Shown here in pieces: positions 41,706 through 54,201 of a stretch of DNA of 64,000 nt. The stretch spans positions 1-64,000 of the forward strand of contig NW_026857690.1 in assembly GCF_026571515.1 (NCBI RefSeq), written 5' to 3'. The DNA is from Ruditapes philippinarum. Lineage: Eukaryota. The notes under the pieces are model-generated. The model was not told the origin of the DNA. It saw nothing but the letters and a program-made list of their open reading frames with translations, and ran no database searches. Every line of letters starts with the position of its first letter. Position 1 is the stretch's first letter. Position numbers and translations under genes: made by a program.

Positions 41706-42239
41706 ATTATTTATGATTTACATCGCACAAAGTAACATTGTTCGTTGCTTGTATTTATATTTTAACTAAATCAGATCTTTCTACAATGGGTTAATTTAAA
41801 ACCTGATTTAGTGGCATTGCCATGTTTCTTGTTTTATTATTTGAAAGTGTCATTAATGCCTTTGTTGTTACAATATGGAAGACAAACAATCATATAAAAC
41901 AATTTAGTCTAAAATTTATATTCCGTGCTATTTTCCTGGGAGTGGATTGGCCATACTTACAATTGTCCAATGGGTTTCTGACTTGCATGCAGGCCAGTCA
42001 TACCATACCAGAACAATGTAATACAAATAAGACTTTGCTATGAATGTTTTGTCAGTGTTTCTGTAACCTGTTTACCATTGCGCTTACTGTTTACCATTGC
42101 GCTAACTTAATATTTATTGTATTTTTCAGTTTAGAGTCCTTGCAAATAAAAGGTTTACTGAATGGACAACATATAGCTAAGTTCTGCTTTACACACTCCA
42201 AGAATAAAAAACAGTAATAGAAAATAACGATATATAAAA

Positions 42240-45200
42240 ATGGAGCAGTTTCAGGCCCAGCAAGGGGCTGTAACTCTTGATGCAAGTCAGCAGGCATTCC
42301 AGCAAGTAGCCCAACCTTTGGTGATGCAAGGACTTCCAATGCAATTCCTGCAAGCTGGAACCAATCAATTTTCTGCTGCTGGACAGCAGCCTCAAGTATG
42401 TTATATTTTATGTGTTTGACTTAGTGCTTATTGAAGCTTGAGACACTAGTACAGTGCCATGCAAGCCTCAGAATTTATTTTTACACAAACCTAGCAAAGT
42501 ATGCTAATAATATACAAAAAATAGAGTAAACATTTCTTGAACAATATACCAGCCAGAAGCCTGAGATAATGCACAGAAGGGCACCCGAGGTCTTCCTCCA
42601 CCAGTAAAGCTGGAATGTCGCGATATGACCTATACTGTGTGGATGTGATGTAAAACTAAAAAAAAAAGAAGCAATACATTTCTATAACTTTATTTCCCCC
42701 ATTCTTAAATTTTAAGTTGCGTTAATTTATCTGTCCTTATCATAACATTGTTAAAAAGTTTTTTTATCTTGTGGTACTTGAATATCATCAATAAGATATA
42801 ACTTGCCACACATAATTTAAATCTAGACCATTGAAGGAAAAAGAATACAAGTACTGTAAAACTATTGGCTAAACAGCAAAACATATTTAAACTTTCAATC
42901 ACGTGCATTGTTTATGGAAAAGAATTAACAATTTCAATCACATGAAGTTTCTATATTTAGCACCCAGGAAGATAATGTTGAAGATTTACTTACAGATTAC
43001 TAGCTTTGTATATTTTCATTGGGTATATGTTTTTTATATGAAAGTATTTTGAATTTCAAAATTTCCAATTGTTAGCCCCTTATATCTAGCTGGATAGAAT
43101 TTTAACCTTACTTTTGTAAACAATCAACATATTGAATATACTGTTTTGAAACTTATCATTATGTTGTATACTGGTAAACCATCTAGAAAAAAGGTTAGTA
43201 GGATTACAGGGACTCATAAATTATAGTAAACACTTAAACAACATTAAGAATTTATGTCAGATTGATACTTGATGTGTCCTGCACCGTTTGGTTTTCAGTG
43301 GTGCATATTTTGAAATTTTCCCTAAAAATGATGAATGGTTTTGTCCCGATTGAAAGATAGGCAAGTCCATTTAATAAGCATTAAATATAAGGTAAAGGTA
43401 AATAGCATAATATATCAATTTGAGTGTTAAAAACTTTATTGATAAAAGATAAGCTTTTACTTATAAACTGTGAAACTATCATCAAGTTGTTGATTTTTGC
43501 TGACTGACACTATTCAGTATCTTTTGCTGATATAAAATATATACCTATTAAACAATTGTTTACTTCAAGTTTAAAACAACAGAGCAACATATGGTTGTAG
43601 TTAATTAACTTTGTATGTGTTTACATATAAACATATTGATCACTTATTAGATATTGAAAACTATTTCCCAATGAAGAGGTAAACAAAATAAAAAATTGAA
43701 ATGTTCTTCCTTCTGATTGGTGGTTTGTACCAGGAAGAAGGGGAGGGTATTTATAATACTGCAAGGCATGTTTTAGTTATCTTAAGTCAGTAGTTTAAAT
43801 GATATAAACAGAACTAATTGTAGAAATCAAAGTTATAAGAAATCAATTAATGTGGAACTATATACATTAAAAGGAACTTATCATTGATATAATTATATGC
43901 TATTAACATGGATAATTGACATAAGGTTTCCATGTGTTATTGTAAAATAACTGTAATATAACTTAAGTTGTATTGTAACTGTTATTCTAGAGATTGTACA
44001 AGTTATTTATTTTATTTGTATATTTGATTTAGCTTATACAGTTAAATGGACAGGGTCAGATGCCTTTGATTCAAACAGCAAATGGTCAACAGATTATAGT
44101 ACAAATGCCACAAAACCAGTCATCTATGAGCATGCCAAACGGACAACAGTTCCAACAGGTAAGATACTAATGAATATTTCATTAGTCTCTATACACTTCA
44201 CATTTCTCAGTTTCAATACAAGTATTCTCTAATGTCTGCACATGGTTTAAATTGGCTCTTATTCAGAATTATATCACCATGTTAAAGTTGATTAAAGTCT
44301 AATCTGGATTAACATGACAAAAGTCATCACTTACTTATTAGTTTAATAGTGAAAGTTCATTATTTGACATACAAAAAGAGTTTACTATAATGAAGTGAAT
44401 ATATCCTTTTATAGGGTTAACATTGGCTAATTATAAAGTATAAAATGAAAATGATCTATAGATCTCAAAAGTTAGGCTAAATTAGTTATAAAGAAGGTAC
44501 AGCACAGATTTGCAAGTTTTGGGTCCTCAGCATTGGCAAGATACATTTTCTGATATATATTATCAATAATTTTGTACAGTTATCCATCATAAGTGTAAGC
44601 CCCACTGGCCAGCGAATTCGTCAATTTTTCAAAATGTCAAGTTTTCAAAATATGCTAAAAATTGTAATTTTTCTCTCAGAAACAAATTTGATTTATAGTC
44701 TGTGCATAAGTTGGAATTTCAAACTTAATCTGCTAAACAAGTTTTGAAAGTGAAGTAAAATGAATAAAGTAATGTATGTAACATATGTATATAGACACAT
44801 GTGATGTATACTCGCATTATGGTATGGTATTTATTATTTAAATGGTTTAGTTTAACATTTTGGTATACAGTTACAGTATGTGACGGCACCAATTACAAGC
44901 CCTACATTACAGACATTTGGTCAACCCCAGCAGGTATTAAATAGTGCACTCTCCGTAGTTTTGGTGTTGTACCTGCTTAATCATCTTCTTAAGATCACCT
45001 TTTATCTTATACTTCTGCAACAACAAGAAATGCTTTTTGTTAGTTATATAGCTGTGTAGTTAGAATTTTGCTTTGTAGATACATTGTATAATATAGATTA
45101 AAGCCTGGAAAAACTCACATTTGCAGAGTTCTGGATAAGAACTGTTTTTAGCACATGAGCATACATAATTACCCATATACATATAAACAGGGTTTTCATG

Positions 45201-48200
45201 ATAAACAGATAGGCAATCCATAGCTATTAAAATTGTTTGTATTTTCAGCCTGTAGATTAAATTATCCCCCTTTACCCTTCACCAAATCAGTCTGTAACCT
45301 CAGATAAAAATGAAACCCTGAATATTAAATTGATGAGATACATAAGTAAATAGAATTAAAATAAGTTTGAATTTAAACTTACATCAGTAACATTTGTTGA
45401 GAAAGTTAACAAAACACCACATATATTACAACATCTTAGACTCATTAAATATAGTATGTAAATATATACATAATGCACATGGGCTTATTATATGTATATA
45501 GAGTAGTTTGTAGAATCTATTTGTAACTGTGGTAGTTTTGTAGAGTGATAGTATTATTTTGTCCTTTATATGTTGGCGTTTTTTTTGTTTTTTTTTCAAT
45601 TAAAGTTCTGAATTATTTTGTACGGTGAAATAATTATTTTCGTCTACTTCACTTTGATCACATACAAATGTAGAATACTCAGCTTGTAACTAATATAATA
45701 TATTATATGGATAATATTGAAACAACTATCTTTGTATGGAAAAAAATATTGAAGTGTTGTACTTTAAAATTTTAGTTGTAATAATGATAAAAGAAGCACA
45801 TCGTCGGATACCCACGATTGATAAACATGTCACATAACATGATAAATGTTAATGGTTCTGCCGTGGGTATCCGACGATGAAAGAAGCATAATATGTTATG
45901 TGTTTTGTAACAAGAACATGTCCTGTATAAACAAATAGTATTGATTTACACAAATTGTATGGTAAATAAATAAAGCCAGTATAATTAACATTTATATGAG
46001 AACATGTATATCCCTTCATAATTTGTGTTTACTAATTATTATGATAACATGAACATATGATAACATGACTATATCCTATGTTTACTAACTATTATGATAA
46101 CATAAACATATGATAACATGACTGTATCCTATGTTTACTAACTATTATGATAACATAAACATATGATAACATGACTGTATCCTATGTTTACTAACTATTA
46201 TGATAACATGAACATATGATAACATGACTGTATCCTATGTTTACTAACTATTATGATAACATAAACATATGATAACATGACTGTATCCTATGTTTACTAA
46301 TTATTATGATAACATGAACATATGATAACATGACTGTATCCTATGTTTACTAATTATTATGATAACATGAACATACATATGATAACATGACAGTATCCCG
46401 TGTTTACTAATTATTATGATAACATAAACATATGATAACATGACTGTATCCTATGTTTTCAGCTAGTTATACAGCAACCACAGGGACAACTCTTGAACCA
46501 ACCTCAGATCATTAACTCACAAAATTTAGCACCATTTGTCAATCAGTTTACACAGGTATTTATTGTACTTTTTTAAACTAAACATTTAAATTGCCTTTTA
46601 TTGAATTTTGATATGACTGCATATTATTTCATCTGCTTGGGGGTTTGTAAGTTTAAAGACTCAATTTAGACTACATCTGATATTTGAAACTAATTCATTA
46701 ATAATAGTTGAGATCATTCGTCTACTAGACCTGATTCATTTCATTTATGTTTAACGAAGTTTTAAGCAAATTTTTATAACACCACTATCTGCATATACAT
46801 GTAATTAAAAACAAAAATTGATAAAATGACATCCAACACATATAAAATGCATGTTCTGTAGTCAGACCAGTGAATTATTATTTTTTGCTACTATGGATAT
46901 GTAAATACATGTATTAAAAAACCAAACATAAGATTTATCTAAATCATATTTTATACTTCAATCAAGTTTCAAAATATTTTCATAAAGTTATTTAAGGCAT
47001 ATCACAGCTTTCTGTTTCTTATTTGTGTTGTAATTGATATAACAAAAGTATATAAATGTCTTATCCAATAGATTGTACAGACCCCAGATGGACAGACAAT
47101 TTTATACCAGCAACCACAAGCAGGGCAACAAGTTACTTCTCAACTACCTACACCAACAGATAGTACAGGACAACAACAACAACAAACAAATCAAGTACAA
47201 GGTAGGAGTAATGTCTATTCAATGTAATTTTTATCTCGACTATTGAAGAATAGGGAGAGCTATAATTGTGCTCACACAGGCATTGGTGTAACCATCACAC
47301 TTTGGTTAAGTTTTTGCGTGCAAGTCTCCAAAACTACTGAAAGGAATGAATTATGTTAGATAGATATTTTTGTAAATACACAATTAAAAATATAAATGGC
47401 TAAATGGTCATGTCAAACTATTATTTCCATTGTGTAGTTGAATTCAAGTCTGTTATTATAGTACTTAAATATTACTTATACAAGCTTTTGAATTTATAAA
47501 TTGGTAAAATTCTACATATTTAGGTTGTCTCCCTTTAATTAAGTGGCATATTAGTAAAGGGAGATTGAACTGAATATTTTGAATAAGAAGGAACATGAAT
47601 TACTTCCCCTGAAATGGACATTGTTGTGATATATTTTCAGCTACTGGTATGGTGAATACAGACCAGAGTCAGCAACAGCAAGCAGCACCACAGTTTATTC
47701 AAGTTCCTGGTGGACAAATTATGGTATATAATACATTTAAAGCTTTGAAGAACAAAATAAATGAACTTTTTAGAATACACATCACCATATGCACAATTTC
47801 TTTGTGATCAGTTGTGAAAAACCACAACTTATCACAGCAATATAATCATAAACATAGAAATTGTGTACATAATGGAGTATATTTCAAAAAGTTCAATTAC
47901 CTTTTGTGTTCTATTTACAATGAGCCAAATACATGTATATGCTTATTGTATCTCAGTAAAAAAACTATTTTACTGAGATTTAAGCATATATTTGGCTCAT
48001 TGTAATTATCATTCTATGAAGAATTAGCCTTTAAACATATCAAATATATGTACTGGATTTCTGTGCCTTTCAGTGTCATTAATATATTTCTTGAAATACA
48101 ATAAGACTTTAAGAACCAAGTCATGAATTGTTAATTTTTTATAAGGTTAAGTAGTATGTTTTTCTAAGTTTAGTTATTACATAATATAAACAAAAATCTA

Positions 48201-51200
48201 ATTTTGTAATGGTTCCACATGACTGAATACTGTACAGAAAAATCTTCAAACTTTGATTAATTATAAAAAATTGCTCATTTTCTTGAACGTAACTGATCTT
48301 TTTAGACTTTACCAAGTAGGAAGTTGAAATACAATGACTACTTTTTATTTCAGCAAGTTGTTGGAGGAAATATAACCAACTTAAATTTACCCGGGGTCCA
48401 GCGTGCTCAGGCTGGTACCCAGGAATCAACAGACGAGGAACCATTGTATGTTAATGCTAAACAATACCATAGAATACTGAAAAGACGGCAGGCACGGGCA
48501 AAACTAGAGGCGTCAGGGAAAATACCAAGAATAAGAAAAGTAAGACTTAAAACTGAAAATTAATATCTTATCACTTTAAACTCATTGGAATAAATCAAGA
48601 AGCAACATGTCCCCTACCAAAGTATATGTTTGTGTAAACTAGTGGGTTCGTCCTTACACAAACCTTCTTATCTTTGTGGTTTTAATCATTATTATGGGGT
48701 TCTGATGGGACTGGAAAGGTAGAAATCTGTGTTTAGATAATTTTCATTGTTTATCAAGATGAATAGAATAGAATAATAGATGAATAATTTATACCATTCC
48801 CTATATTTTGTCTGTCTTTTACTTCATGTGAATTGATAGGAAATCTTTACTCGCGGTAATACATTTTGATTAAACTTGGTCAGATTAATTGTTTTGACAT
48901 AGTTGAACGAAAGAAGTAAAGTAATTAACTTGTAAATGTAAATATGATTTTTATCAAGGTAATTATAAGTGTACATCCTTACATACGTCTTGACAGAATG
49001 AGAAGATATACTTGAAATAACTATCAATTATTTTATATGGATCTATAAATGTGCTTGTATATGCAAAAATGCCTAATTAGTCCCCTACCGGTTTAACCGG
49101 AGGGGACTTTAGGTTTACCCTCCGTCCGTCTGTCTGTCTGTCGGTCTGTCAGTCCGTCAGTCCGTCCGTCCACAAAACTGGATCCGTCCACAAAACTGGA
49201 TCCCGCGATAACGCAAAATGTACTGAAAATATTTTAATGAAACTTGATATATGGATAGATGGCAGTATGGAGATTATGCACGTCTTTTTTTTTTCTTCCT
49301 ATGTTGAAAATTCTGGTTGCTATGGCAACAGATGCCTGAAAATATGGCAAATTGAACACATAAACTGGATCCCGCGATAACACAAAAAGTACTGAAAATA
49401 TTTTTATGAAACTTGATATATGGATAGATGGCAGTATGGAGATTTTGTCTTTTTTATGTTGAAAATTCTGGTTGCTATGGCAACAAATAGCCTGAATTTC
49501 AAGATTTCTGTTTAAATTTTTCAGCTTTTTCACTATAAGTTCTTTATTTCTTAAGGTGTTTACTTCAAACTTTAAATATAAGTTTCTGGTCATCAACCAC
49601 ATCATATGTGACAAGGTTTACAACTCTAGCACAAAAATTATCAGTATTACCTCCCTTGAACTTAGAATTTTTATGAAAAAAATGTTGTCTTTTTTAAATA
49701 ACTTCTTTATTTCCTAATGTATCTACTTCAAACTTCATATATATGTTTCTTATTTATAATCACTCAACATTTTTGAGAAGGTTAAATACTCTAGCAAGAC
49801 TATTTCCAGAATTATGTCCCCCTTGAACTTAGATTTTTTTCGAGAAATTGGTATTTTTCACTCCAACTTCTTCATTCATTATAGGATTTACTTTAAAATC
49901 CCACATCGTAATAATATGACAAGGTTGTATAAACATAATTTCCTTACTAGGCAGGGAAACGTAACACATTACTGTGATATAGACAAACTTAGAACTCAAA
50001 AGATTTAAGTTCATACATGTCATTCATTCACTGGTAAAATTGACTGGCCAATGGCCCATCAGAAAGTTGCTGGGGTTCTAACCGGTAGGGGACTTATGGA
50101 TTGCTTGCAATACTATGATAATTGCTGGTTGTTATTAATTTGTTAACATTATCTCTGATCTGAATGACCCTGAGTGTGATATTGATGTGTCAGAATATAT
50201 GTACAAATTGAATATACAATAGAAAAGGGAACATAAAGTTAAATAATAATCAAATACTGCCAAAATTTCAGATAAAATTTATAATTTTTACTTCAGAAAT
50301 ATCTCCATGAATCGAGACATATACATGCCATGAACAGAGTTAGAGGAGAAGGTGGTAGATTTCACTCAATAAAAAATGAACCATACGAGGGGGATGGTCT
50401 TAATATCAAACAAGAGTCAGATGTATGTATCAGTCCTTGAAAAATATATACCTGTTCCTTTGTTATTACTGTAATAAAAGAGGCTATCCAGTTATAATTT
50501 AGCAGGTTGTTCACTGTTGGTTCTACTAATTGCCTGATAGTGCCTCAAAAAATTTCCTGCATCAAATCATTTCCTTGAAAGCTTTAGAGGGCAAATTTCA
50601 GAAGTAAAGCTGGATGGGCAACCATATAATAAGAATTCCGGTGGTTCTATTCCTTGTGCCTCCATGTGTCTGAATAATGTCAGAAGTGATTTATTGAGAG
50701 AAGTTGTCAGTTTTTAGAGGAGACAAAGGGAATTGCTGATTCTGAATACATTATCACTGTGTCTGTCAAAGTCTGCAAGTGTATGACTCAAATAATAGTG
50801 GTAGTCTCATGAAGTACAACAAAACTTTAATATCACTAATATAAACAGTATTTTTGGGATGATAGATCACACTTAAATTATGACAAGTATTTTGGAATTG
50901 AAACCATGTGTAAGAGATTGGAATTATTCAACATGTTTAATTTGTACACTTAAGCATCTTAGCAACAAGAAGACACAATAATTCTAAAAACATAGATTTC
51001 TATTGATTGATAATTGAAATCAGTGTGATATTATGTAAAAATTAAAGTTTATGAGCATGGCATAGGAAACAACAGTAACATTAGGGTGAGTGAAGGCATA
51101 GTGTTTAAGGTGTTTGCCTGTCTCTCTGGGATAGTGAACTAGAGCCCAACTTTAGTCACAACCATATTTCCTTATATGACACCAGTACTGGCTTGTCCTA

Positions 51201-51527
51201 GAAAACCAACTCAACAGTTGTTTAAACATGTTACAAGTGTCCTTCAAAAAGTTCTTAGATAACTAATCTCAATATAATTTTAAGTAAACGAGAATTAGAT
51301 AAATACATGTACAGTAATGTTTAAACTAAACACGTCTAATTCTGCTTACTATTTCATCTTTACAGGAGGACAACGAAGTTTCTCGGTTAATGTCGCAAGC
51401 CATGAACGGTGGCCAGTTAAACCCAATGTCATCCCTCCATCACAGTACTTCATCTCATACCAACATTTCAGTTAGTTCTCATTACACAAACTCTGAATTA
51501 CGACATATAACGCCTAGTAAAGGATAA
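42240..51527 (+). CDS. NFYA: Nuclear transcription factor Y subunit alpha (CCAAT-binding), 374 aa
   Basis: Exons 42240-42395, 44033-44158, 44871-44933, 46463-46555, 47072-47201, 47641-47723, 48354-48539, 50297-50422, 51366-51527 sum to 1125 nt in frame. Q-rich N-terminus (MEQF..., QTPDGQTILYQ) and HAP2 domain EEPLYVNAKQYHRILKRRQARAKLE...KYLHESRHIHAMNRVRGEGGRF. Confidence 0.95.
42559..42667 (+). mobile_element. SINE 3' fragment with A-tail
   Basis: gggcacccgaggtcttcctccaccagtaaagctgg...tatgacc...aaaactaaaaaaaaaa. Confidence 0.55.
45799..45879. mobile_element. 81 bp MITE with perfect 18 bp TIRs and a 9 bp TSD
   Basis: TIRs CATCGTCGGATACCCACG / CGTGGGTATCCGACGATG; TSD aaagaagca at 45790-45798 and 45880-45888. 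Confidence 0.92.
46025..46457 (+). repeat. 53 bp minisatellite, about 8 copies, abutting an NFYA 3' splice site
   Basis: actgtatcct at 46121, 46174, 46227 and onward; the last unit runs into ttttcag|46463. Confidence 0.93.
49077..50130 (+). mobile_element. HINE/Helentron-like element in an NFYA intron (same family as 29527-30723, opposite orientation)
   Basis: ttagtcccctaccggtttaaccggaggggact start, (GTCY)n tract, end ggtaggggacttatggattgcttgcaatac. Confidence 0.88.
51085..51331 (+). mobile_element. Degenerate tRNA-derived SINE with a gtttaaactaaac tail
   Basis: Head ggcatagtgtttaaggtgtttgcc, core atatgacaccagtactgg, tail atgtttaaactaaac. Confidence 0.55.
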
Positions 51528-51601
51528 CCTCATTTGTGTTTTAAATATTACATATTTTTGTATTATTTCACCATGTTAGTGCAGTAATGGGTTAACTACC
51601 A

Positions 51602-52186
51602 TTTTTAGCTCGACTATTCGATAAGAATAAGTAGAGCTATTGTAGTCACCGGAGCGTTGGCGTCGGCGTAACCACTTATGTTTTTGTAATAGTTCAAATA
51701 TTTTCAAAGTCCATTGACATATGGCTTTGAAACTTTGCACAATTGTTCACCATCATGACCCCAACCTGTAGACAAGAGGGGGTAACTCTATCAAGCATTT
51801 TGACAGAATTATGCCCCTTTTTCAACTTAGAATTTACGTTAAAGTTTTTGTAATAGTTAAAATATTTTCAAAGTCCATTGACATGGCTTTGAAACTTTGC
51901 ACACTTGTTCACCATCATGACCCCAACCTGTAGACAGGAGGAGGTAACTCTATCAAGCAATTTGACAGAATTATGCCCCTTTTTCGACTTAGAATTTACG
52001 TTAAAGTTTTTGTAATAGTTCAAATATTTTCAAAGTCCATTGACATATGGCTTTGAAACTTTGCACACTTGTTCACCATCATGACCCCAACCTGTAAACA
52101 GGAGGAGGTAACTGTATCAAGCATTTTTTTTTACTATCAAGCACTAAGAATAGTGGAGCGTTGCTGTCCTACCGACAGCTTTTGTT
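51602..52186 (+). mobile_element. HINE-like element with about 3 x 163 bp repeats, 75 bp after the NFYA stop codon
   Basis: tttttagctcgactattc...gagct start, ggcgtcggcgt tract, units at 51691, 51855, 52017, end gaatagtggagcg followed by hairpin gctgtc...gacagc. Confidence 0.85.
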
Positions 52187-54201
52187 GGAACAAAGAGAGG
52201 TAACTTGTGTCTGCATTAAGGTGATGATTTTCATGTCATTATTTATTATTTTGAAACAAATTGGTTTATTAATCATGGAATTTTTATAGTTGATGTAGTG
52301 TGTGTTTTACAGAAATATTGAAAAGCACTCAAAGTGCGTAAAATGGTGCAATATGTAAAATATTCTTTGAAGTGTTTTTAAAACTTATTATTTGTAATAC
52401 ATTTTCATTCTTTGCAATTTCTGGATAATCATGTTGTCGTTTCTTTTATCAATTTGTTAACTGAAGAGAGCATAAAATGCTCATACCTAGTTATCATTAT
52501 CATGATCATTTTAATCATTACAGAATTTTGTATCCATGGTAATGGAAAAGAAAGTCCTTTAATTAAAAGATATTTTAATTTTTCAGCGTGGACACTGGTG
52601 TGATAATTAGATAAATTTCTCTGTAAAAAGATAGAAAACTTTAGCTAAGTAATTATCATCATAACATTTTTCTGTTTTACATGTGTAGAGAAACAACTAT
52701 GTACAGAACAATGAAAATGGGTTTTACCCGTTTTAGTGTAGATAAAACCAGGTATGGTCACTGTTAATGTATACAACTCCATGCGATATTTTTTTAACCT
52801 TTTCTTTTTAAATGAACTTTTTAGTGTGGAAAAAAGGTTTTTTACCAAATTTGTTATTTTTATTGCACCTGACGGTACATAAAGATTTTTTTCTTACATT
52901 GTAGCTAGTTTTTATGAATGTAAACTTTTTTGTTATTTAATTTATTTGTTGATATTTTGTTTATGACACAACTTACAAAGTAGTTTGTTTTGCTCATTTT
53001 TATTTGTCTATCTTTTTATAAAGAGATAGGTGAAGATCAATGTAGTTGGCTGAGAGGCCAAAAATACAAAGTCTGTTTTTAGTTATTTTTTTAAGTTTTG
53101 TTTTATGAAATAAGAATTACATTAATTTATATGCATGGTATCTTTATTGAAGTTTATGTTCATTATTTAGTTATTTTATAGAATATTTCTTACAGAGAGG
53201 GTCAGTAGATTTCAGATTCAAGCTGACTTTGTTTATGAATGAAAATTTAAAAAAAAAACCTACTTTGTCTTAAGTATAAAAAATTATATATGTAATATCA
53301 AAATATCAGAATCTTGATTTGCTCAATCAAGTGACAAAATAAAAAAGAAAGAACTACAGCTACCATTTTGTTATATATAAACTTAAAACTTGTAGAGATG
53401 TAAAATTGTTAGAGGTGTAATGATATATAGATGTATCGTTGCACCAAGTTTTGCCTTGTCATGGAAAGAAAATGTAGATGACAATAAATTAAAGTCCAAT
53501 ACAGATTATACCTTGGAATGCATGTATCGCAAAATGACAACAATTTCTTACACATAAAAAATTTAAAAGCCAGATTAAACTTATTTGATAAAAAACAATG
53601 TGACAAATACAAACATTGTCAAATTATTATAGGAGGTTTTGATGAAAAGTTAACAGGGTTTTGAATTCAATGGAATTTTGTTTATATGAATTTTCACCAT
53701 GTTATAAGTTTGAAAGTCAGTAATGTGATCTGTGTTGCATTGTCAATAAGATGTATCACAACTAAATTTCTTCTACTATACGGTATGTATCATGAATTCA
53801 ATTGCTCAACAGAAAACATATAATTGTATGTATTTTTACCCAACGAAAAAAAAACAAAAAACCACAATGTTCAGCCCTAATGAATGTTCAGGGACCATAG
53901 ATTTTACATGTAGTGATTATCAATTATCATTAAATTATCACTACAATTATCATCTAGAATATTATAAAAACTATTATTTCATGGTTAAGGCAGATCTCCG
54001 TCATTATTGATTAAAATGATGCAGTAAATACCTTTAACAAATTGCAGTTTTTGCATATTGATGACATGTCTATGATACAAGTTTAAACACTTTATTGTAC
54101 ACCCACCACATAATGGGGAGGAGGCTATAGTGGAATCATTCTTAGTGTGAGTCGTTCTGTTGGTCTGTCCATACGTTTCCATCATGTGTGTTTTATAAAT
54201 A

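Noticed and set aside
46025-46457. CRISPR-like appearance of this and other regular arrays
   Set aside because: Units are contiguous with no unique spacers, there are no cas genes, and the context is a eukaryotic intron.
49234-49614. ORFs inside HINE elements (also 30274-30510 and 59265-59477)
   Set aside because: They are chance frames in tandem repeats with no Rep or helicase motifs.
50297-50362. NF-YA DNA-binding helix reads RHIHAMNRVR rather than the vertebrate RHRHAMARKR
   Set aside because: These positions vary among NF-YA/Hap2 homologues, and the core residues and GEGGRF are intact.
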